A stretch of 56,318 nucleotides of DNA, filler included, from Sphacelaria rigidula (lineage: Eukaryota): assembly GCA_964200075.2 (NCBI GenBank). It is 5 parts of 5 records of this genome, joined end to end, with 100 filler letters (N's around TTAATTAATTAA, not from the genome) between each part and the next. Parts side by side here need not be neighbours in the genome. Positions count along the whole stretch, not along the records: positions 45,136 to 56,318 come from CAXNAA020005274.1; 4 more parts are not named here. One strand, 5' to 3'. A program made the position numbers and the translations under genes. Every line of letters begins with the position of its first letter. Position 1 is the first letter of the stretch. The notes under the pieces were generated by a model, which was not told the origin of the DNA, made no database searches, and was given only the letters and a program-made list of their open reading frames with translations. This document shows positions 48,550 through 56,318 of the stretch, piece after piece.

Positions 48550-51500
48550 CTGTTCGGTACATTTTGAGGGTGGTTCGAGTCACATGCAACAAAGAATACA
48601 CCGATCACCGTTGAAAGAAGGGGGCGGGGGGATTTGACAACGGAAGACAGACTGGAGTTGATCACTGGATGGCCATACGAGACGGCGGAGTAACCATACC
48701 AAGCACTTACACGTTAGAGGAGGCACACCCCATGGAAACGCACTACTCCTCTCGATTTCTAGACTCTCCAAGGTATGCGGAGGCCAGTATTTTTCTTCAC
48801 AAAGCGAAATCAACCGGAGACGACTCGACCTGATCCGGTTGCTTCTGCTGACAACCCGCGATGTTGATGTACTTCTCAACAGTTCGGGGAGACTTGCAGT
48901 TGGAACAGTCGCAAGATTCCGGGAAATTCAACAAACGTACTTTGGGGAAAGTGGTCACAAAGGAAGACCTGTACTCATATCGGTCTCTTATGTCCCCTAG
49001 AGGTGTCGCCCTCTTGCCCATTCAAACTTCGTCGATTTGGGCCACCATTCGTACCTCTTCTCCGCTGCTGTTATACTGTACCTTGATCGAAATCGTTTCG
49101 AACGTGTACAGGAAAATATCGCTGACCACCACACCGTACCAGACAGCATTGCAAACAGTGAACAGTATGAGGTCAACTGTTTCCCCGGCCACCGCCCATC
49201 CATCTCGTTGTGGACAATACAACAATACACGCAAACGCGCAGCACGGGTTCGACCAGAAAAGAACTGATCGCTCCGAGGTACCAGGGAGGAAGGATGGAG
49301 AAGCAGGAGCAGCTTTGCAAGAGTGGCCGGTGCAGTAAGGAAGATGAGTTTCCTCAAGCCTGCCGTGGATCAACGATCCCTCACTTCAATCATTCCACAT
49401 TCGCACGTGCCTTGAACACGGCTTGTCGGAGATGAACAGGAAACGAGTATCCGGGTGTGGTATGACAAGGCGAAGGGCGGAAAGGAAAATGAATCTCCTA
49501 CGATGAGGAGCGTTTATCCATTCATGCTAATATCCGAACACTACAGGAGTATGTGAAGCACTTGCCCGTGGCCAGTACCACCGGCAGCTGCAGAGCTCAA
49601 CCGAAGCACCAGGAGCTATTGAGTCAAATGCCTCGAACTACTGTAAAATATTCCAACCGAAACAAATCTAACCCGTATGAGTTCTGATCTTAAAAGGCGT
49701 GCCTGTACGCTTTGCGGTTAACTATCTCTCCACCGCGGATCTGAAAATAAGACTCACGTGAAGAAAAATATGCTGGGCTTCGCTCGAATGGGCCGACTAC
49801 GAATTGATATTCCAGCTGTAAAGTTGTTTCTTGTTCTTGTCAATATGTTTCCTTTGCAACCCGTCCGTAAAATCGGAGGATAATGACCACCGTACGTGGC
49901 AGGATCCGGTTTGCGAGCCGGACGGACCGATAATCTGCTCTTCACAGCAGAACACTGATACATGTCATGTGCCCTGTTACGAGTGCAGACTCAGATTTGG
50001 CGATTGAGAAATATTGGTGGTGAAGACAAGCAATGGACGATAGACGTTCGTCCCGCCCTTCATGTCACTTCAAAACAGAGTGCCATCAAGACTGGCATTA
50101 CTGTGTCACGACCATTTAAAAAGAGACGGGCACGATTAGAGGCTGCCGGCTAGGAGGGCTGGTTGGAGTGATTGTGACTGAAATACGTCTGTTACACTGT
50201 ACAGAGCTTCCTCTGTTACGAGGCAGTAAACGTGCAGTAAAACATAGATCGGAACACCAGTGGCATCACGCGAGATATTTTTGCCCCGCCATTCATCATC
50301 AACATCCCATCGTATGTGTATGTCCACCTCTGCACACGCTCGAAACAGTACGAGCTCTAAAATACCCAAGAGCGGCGGCAGCGACAGCCCTCGTTTTTTG
50401 TTCGTTTCCAATTTTAAATTCGTAAACAGATTCTCTGTGAACTACTTTAGCCCAGTCCTTTGCCGTCGAGGTAGTGTTATAAGCAATTGAACCACCACGG
50501 CACTTCGCGACGTAGTTTGTGGATCACATCCACGTACCGTGAAAAGGGTACAGTACTACGTGATGAGTCATGTACGATCAACGTACGTGTGACGATTTAC
50601 CGCGTGCTTGTTATCGCGTGGACAGTTCACAAATCGTCACCTCGCCCTTATTCAGTTCAACTCTTTGCCGTCATTCTACCCTTCCCAGATTCCCTACAGA
50701 CGTCAAATCTTCTCTGCTCCTGCTAGCGGTAGGGATAGTGTACGCCATTTTCCGCATGTGTTTCGCGTGGCCAGATCGACAAACTGTGCAGAAGGGGTCT
50801 TCCTGAGTTACGTAAACCTCCGCTGCGCGAGGCCTTAGGTATTTGGTTGCTCTTTCAAGTTCCTGTTGGGTTGTTGGATCATTTGATCGCGTGAAAGCAA
50901 TATCGTCATCGCAAGGTCAACACTCGCCTGGCAAAACTTCTCCACAACACGTTGCGATCTCACGGACGACCAACCTGTACCTACCTGCTTCGAGCGTCAC
51001 GACCGACTACGTCTGGACTTTATGTTTGGCCGTCGACACAATCCACGGCAGTAGGCGACCATGCCTTTTAGTGGCGTTGCTGAGATATTGGACGAGACAC
51101 AGGAATGTGCGTCAAAGTGTGGGTTTTCCACCACAACGTCAGTTTGAGGCAGTTGTCCGAAAACAGACAAGGCAACTTCATTTCGCGGCAGGTTGTAACA
51201 AAGCCAAGCGCGCAATCAAGCACTTCAATGAGAGCTACGCCTCGGGCTTTCGACTTTTGTGCCGCGCGGCATGAGTTTCGTGATCAACAGGTGAACAGCT
51301 TTGAGGTAAGGGGTGGTATTCGCCGTGGTTTGTAACGTCCATCTTCGTTTCTTGCTGGGCTTTGTGCAGTCATCTGGACTTAGAACGAGGGACAGCGAAC
51401 AGAATCACTTAGACCACATTTTCGCGCTAGCCAAGTTTGTTTCGATATGACAGCCCCTAACTCAAAGAACAGAGCCGGCTGGCGAGCGCCGGTCAGGGTC

Positions 51501-52306
51501 GCTTACATCACTTGGTTCGTTTCTCGCGGATGGGAGAAAAAAAAACACCTCTCCTCAACCGCGCGCTGAATATTGAAAACAACCATCCTGCGTTTTTGCG
51601 CAACGCTTCCCCCGCAAATGATCGTCGTTCCATCAAATTAATAAGTCCCTAGGGAGCCAAAAGTAATGCTCCAAACCGTGTGTGGAGCCGGGATACAACA
51701 CGCAGTGTGGCATCGGCACAGCAAGTGCAACTTATTTTGTCGAGGGACTCCAAATATCAGCAGCAATGGAGTCCTCGTCGCACGTATGTGTACCTGTATG
51801 TACATGAACGCATTTGTTCGGAATCAAACGACCAGACCTCGCCTTATTGGGTGTGTCAATTCACGTCATAAATGTTAGTGTTATCACATATCTCAACAGG
51901 GTGTACGCAACATATTCATCAGCCAACAGTGAGCCGTTGTATCAGTGGCGCGAAATGGGCGACTCTATGATTTTTCAACAACCAATTATTACGGGCTCGA
52001 AATCAACATTCGTTCGACTTGGCAGTTTCGTGTAGCCAACGAGTTCGTGCCTTCCGCTCGAAATGAGCGCCTCATTTGGGGCAGAGAGCCCGAAATAACA
52101 AAAACACGAGGTGGCGGCAAAGGGGCACGCCACGCTCTACCCACACAAGACAACGCTGTACCGCACATCGATGCAATGGTTGAGATAGCCTCGTCTTACG
52201 CTGGCGGCGAGAGCTGCAGTCACTTGCACCACCGAGACATGCAATAGCTGGCCCGCGGTTGAGATCATGAGCATAACAGCCCCTTCCGGTGCTTTTGTTG
52301 TAATAA

Positions 52307-52562
52307 GGGTCGTTACTAACGGGACTTATTTTTTCAGACCTTTTCGACCTTTTCGGGAAATGTTTCGACTTTTTCAAGAACAAAACCCCCCCAAAAAAAC
52401 GTCGTTAGATTTTCCGAGTGGTATGTAGTCTGCGTTGAAATTATTTGTTATTGCTTGATCTGGCTTAGAAATCTGCTGTCGTGCGTTTCGGGGAGGAAGG
52501 TTGTTTGTTCCCGAAAAAGTCTGAAACGTCTGGAAAAAAAACAGCCCCGTTAAAAACGACCC
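52307..52562. mobile_element. Tourist/PIF-Harbinger-like MITE in an intron
   Basis: ~50-bp imperfect TIRs GGGTCGTTACTAACGGGAC...TTCAGAC / GTCTGG...GCCCCGTTAAAAACGACCC. Flanks are TAA and TGA (imperfect 3-bp TSD). Confidence 0.7.
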
Positions 52563-53779
52563 TGATTTCATGTCTGGGTGGACGAAACAACACTCAGACG
52601 GTTAGAGATACTTTGAATCACGTGGAATACTGCCTCTCGCTTCTTCTCGAGAATGAAGAAATGTGCACGACTTCTCGTCACACAAGGCACGCCATGCCCG
52701 ATCCAGCAGTGATCAGGCGCCTACCCGTGTTGCCTTTTGCAGCTTTCTTCGTCGCATGATTTCTTCGCTCGACATCAAGCATCAAAGGTCAACAAAGATA
52801 CTGTGGCTGTTTTGAAACATATACTCGGCGGAGCACTTATGTGGGAATCAGTTGCTGTGGCAGAGCCGCCATAAAGAGACATATTTTACACTTAGCTAGA
52901 TCATGACATATCTAAATCATCCATTCGAATCTCCGACCAACCCGAAGTGGCCAACATTCATTCCGTGATTGACTCTGAGTGGTTGTCGCAAAAGATGGTC
53001 GTAAGCCTTCGAAGGCCAGGGTGGGTCATCTGGGTAATACGTACATTCGTTTCACATAAACTGATGCCGGTTCAATACACTACCCATCATCCCGGTAGAG
53101 AAAATATGTCAAAATGTTGCAGCTGATGTCATCATTTCCCCCCCCCCCTCTGAATTTTGACCGACAGGGTGGGGTGTCAGTTGAATCGGCATTATTTCGC
53201 TCGACAAGTTGCTGAAATAATCAGATGACTCACTCTAGCGGTAGATCGATTGACACCGTTGTATCACCGAATTATTTCTGCGGCGACACGAGATCTAGAA
53301 TAACGAGATACACATATATGCATACTTCGTATATGTTGGCTGTGGGGTACAAGGGGTTTGCTGGACGTGGGTTGGGCGCCATCATAGATAGGGTGTAGGC
53401 ATGATCATGTTACTCTTATGGCGGAATGGCGTTGGACCCGCCCCTGCTTTCTCGTGGCAAGAAGAGTCCACTATTGGACACTTTTTTCCACCGGAGAAGC
53501 CACCCACTGCTACGTACCGGCTGTAAGTGTTTTGAGCGGGCACATCAAGCCTTGTCGATAGCCGAATAAGCGGACATGAAAACGGTGGTCTAAGAGGCAA
53601 CAGTTAATCCATTAACTATTAATACACCATGAATTGATGGCGACTTTGCTCGCTCCGACCTGCCTTTAGAGTCAAACAAATGAAAACGAAATTACTCCCA
53701 CGCAGAATTGTCCGCACCAGGTTTACTTCATTAATTTCCGCAAGAAAACAGTCCCCCCACACCCCCTCGCCATTCTTAC

Positions 53780-53897
53780 ATTGACATCCAACAGCTCTCG
53801 CAGGGACTCCACCAGGAGAGTATTATCCACGGGAACACTCTTGGATGACTGGATGGCCGAAGAGAGTCTCTCGGTTTCGCCGTACGTCAGCGACATC
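53780..53897 (-). CDS. Exon of the same uncharacterised helical protein
   Basis: ttag|G ATG TCG...GTC AAT|gtaaga. The phase 2 start matches the 54602 donor. Encodes RMSLTYGETERLSSAIQSSKSVPVDNTLLVESLRELLDVN. Confidence 0.68.
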
Positions 53898-54601
53898 CTA
53901 AGACACGGCATGCACGAACGCGACACGTGTGTTTTTATGGGTACAAACAACACATGACATGATGCAGATAACGGGAAACAAGGGCGGGGGAACAAACAAC
54001 AGAACCAAGTGGTGAAACGGGGCAGCTGTGCAAGCACGATTGACGGGTATGTGTCATGACCACACCAATCACGTTGTCTACTGCCGTGCGTCATTTCCAC
54101 ATAGCTCCTTGTTGTTTTGCAGTCTTATGTTTTGTTTGCCGTGAAAACCGTGTAAGTATGGGGCAGGTACGGTTTTGTGCAGTCACCAAGACGGAGAGTG
54201 GAGAGACGGGGGGGGCAACGGTATCCTGAAAAAACAACGACAAAACATTCGAGCAATTGTAAAAGTCGTTGACCGACGATAGGCATAGGCGGGTCGATAC
54301 ACAGTGGGCGTTTACGTTCGATGACGTTCTCTGGGAAGGTGCACACCAGGGCCTGGACGACAATAAATATCCTTCGTGGTCACTGGGTACATTACATCCT
54401 CGGTGATACATTGACTGAAATCGAACCCAACCCATCTGACAGTATGACGTCCACGAGGCCATCATACGCACGACAGAGATAGGGGGGAATGATTGAACGC
54501 AGCCGCGTACACACCTAACTGGTGATAAAAAGCCTGCCGCCCTGTTAGTTACTTTACCATGATTGTATTGTACCCCATACAGGGCAGTGACGGCTCTTCA
54601 C

Positions 54602-54777
54602 CTCATCCCAGTTTGCAGCTCGGCCTCGAGCTCGGAGCGCTGAACAATTGCCCGAGCCTCGTCCACACTCTGCCCAGCGTAGCCGTTCCTGTCAGCCTCC
54701 GCCAGCAGCGAAGCCATAGCGACGCGGTCATCGCTACTGATGGCTTTCGTGAGACCGGCCAAACATTTCTTTGCACC
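54602..54777 (-). CDS. Exon of uncharacterised alpha-helical/coiled-coil protein
   Basis: cag|GGT GCA...ATG AG|gtgaag. Encodes GAKKCLAGLTKAISSDDRVAMASLLAEADRNGYAGQSVDEARAIVQRSELEAELQTGM. Phase is compatible with the next exon. Confidence 0.7.
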
Positions 54778-56318
54778 CTGCCGCAGAACCAAAGAAGGCG
54801 CAGGCCAGCCCCGCGCGGTAGGTGAAAAGGAGGTTTCGTTTCGGGGAAGGGGAGGGCGGGCGGGGTGCAGCGAATGATACGCGTCCTTCAAGTGCATGGA
54901 GTGATTTTCCAGTGTTCCGAATGTGGCGAGGGTAGGGTAGTGTAGGGTCCAAAGTAGGGTAGGATATACTGGGCCGTCGATACCGCGGGTACGCTGGAAT
55001 ACTGTAATAAGTGTCTCCGAGAATCGCTACCGTGAGTTCCCCGTACATGCTGCAGGTCTTCGGGTTTAGGCAGTCGGTACCAGGGATATCGGCTAAGGGG
55101 CACAAAGGGGCACACATGACAAGGTACTGAAAGCGAGAACGATGCGGGGTGCTCGAGTAGACGGATTGTTATAGCACCCAACTGAGGTGGAAGGTATCCA
55201 CGCTACTGTTAGAAATGTGTTGTTTTTGTGCAACCTTGTCGATGAGGCTGATCTCTTGGGACCCACTGATGAGCGCCAACAACCAGAAAGCCACAAGGCA
55301 CACGACGATGCCTACGGAAACGTGATTCCACTAAGGCCTGGTCTATGCGATAAAAGACAGTGTCAATATCCCTCAACTCTTCACGGTTTCCCGTCGAATA
55401 GAGCACACCACGCTCAGAATGGCGAGGCCTCCATTGGCCGTGCACGCCATGTTCTGTCAGTACGCTCATGTCTTTGTTTGGTTTGGGATGAAGCGAAGAA
55501 ACGACGCGTGCGCTTTGAAAATTCAAGATGTCGCACACGAATCATTTCTAGCACGGGCACGGAGATTCCTCAAATGCATTTCAACCCGTCCAAAACTGCC
55601 ATAACAGATGTTTTCCCTGACCTTTTTGGATCTTTGAGCATCTTGTAAATGAACCCCATCGTGTACAAAAACAGCAATTGATTCATGGTTGCCAGCAATT
55701 AGCTCTTAGATGTAGCGAATGTCGTGAATTTGTAGCTCTTGACAACTAACGGATAGAAATAATACGACTGGTTCCTTGTCAACGATTCTTGGAGGAGAAG
55801 CCTGTTCAACTCGTTGCCTATTATCGTATGTGATTATTGGATTAAAGGCCTGTTCGACGAATTACCCACGGATGAGTATTGGATGAAGAACCTGATCAAC
55901 CAGTATCCTACATATGAATTTTGCTGAAACGTTTCACGCAACTATAATTCAAGGAATAAGTCTCGTCAAAACGTTTCGCGCCAATATTTATTTGCCTGTA
56001 GACAAACCTCAATCGAAAAATCCCGCAAATGTCGGCCCGCGAGCAACTCTCAGGTGGGAACGCTTGAAATCTACTTTGTGCACAAGCAACGATGAAAAAT
56101 TCAAACATTTCAATAGGGTTGCTGTTGACGCCAACGACTCCTACTTGTTGTACAGCAATGACTAGGACACGACTTGCGGTAATAACACGATTTTTCGTTT
56201 TGAAATCAGTTTTGTACGGCTTGTGATCTCCAACGGAAATGGGACCCAGATTCCCGTCATCCTTGAAAACCGAGGGGGGAGAGGGGGGGGGGGGGGTTCG
56301 GAAGGGGTTCGTGTAGCT

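Noticed and set aside
47965..48637. Plus-strand ORFs of 218 and 145 aa
   Set aside because: They are antisense shadows of the coiled-coil exon.
52789..52791. Selenocysteine TGA in a candidate exon
   Set aside because: The exon itself is unproven, no redox-fold context is evident and no SECIS element was identified.

Overview
Eukaryotic, intron-rich, repeat-dense genomic DNA. A brown-algal or other stramenopile origin is my inference from repeat style and exon/intron layout. The window is not one locus. It is five segments of 11,184, 11,184, 11,184, 11,183 and 11,183 bp joined by 100-bp N spacers that carry a TTAATTAATTAA linker, most likely size-sorted unplaced contigs, so adjacency across gaps carries no meaning. 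Segment 2 holds the last four coding exons (minus strand, 14011-22348) of a ZUP1/ZUFSP/Mug105-like peptidase C78 deubiquitinase. Its Cys/His/Asp motifs are intact, but the catalytic domain carries very large low-complexity insertions. Segment 5 holds exons of a minus-strand coiled-coil protein gene, with at least one frame-disrupted exon. The rest is non-autonomous DNA transposons (a TA-flanked ~1.2 kb family with an internal foldback, a hAT-type MITE with an 8-bp TSD, a Tourist-like MITE, a ~2.1 kb family), tRNA-derived SINEs, LINE 3' ends, a ~187-bp tandem array, a 135-bp hairpin in a ZUP1 intron, and microsatellites. I found no CRISPR array, intact transposase or clearly new multi-gene system.
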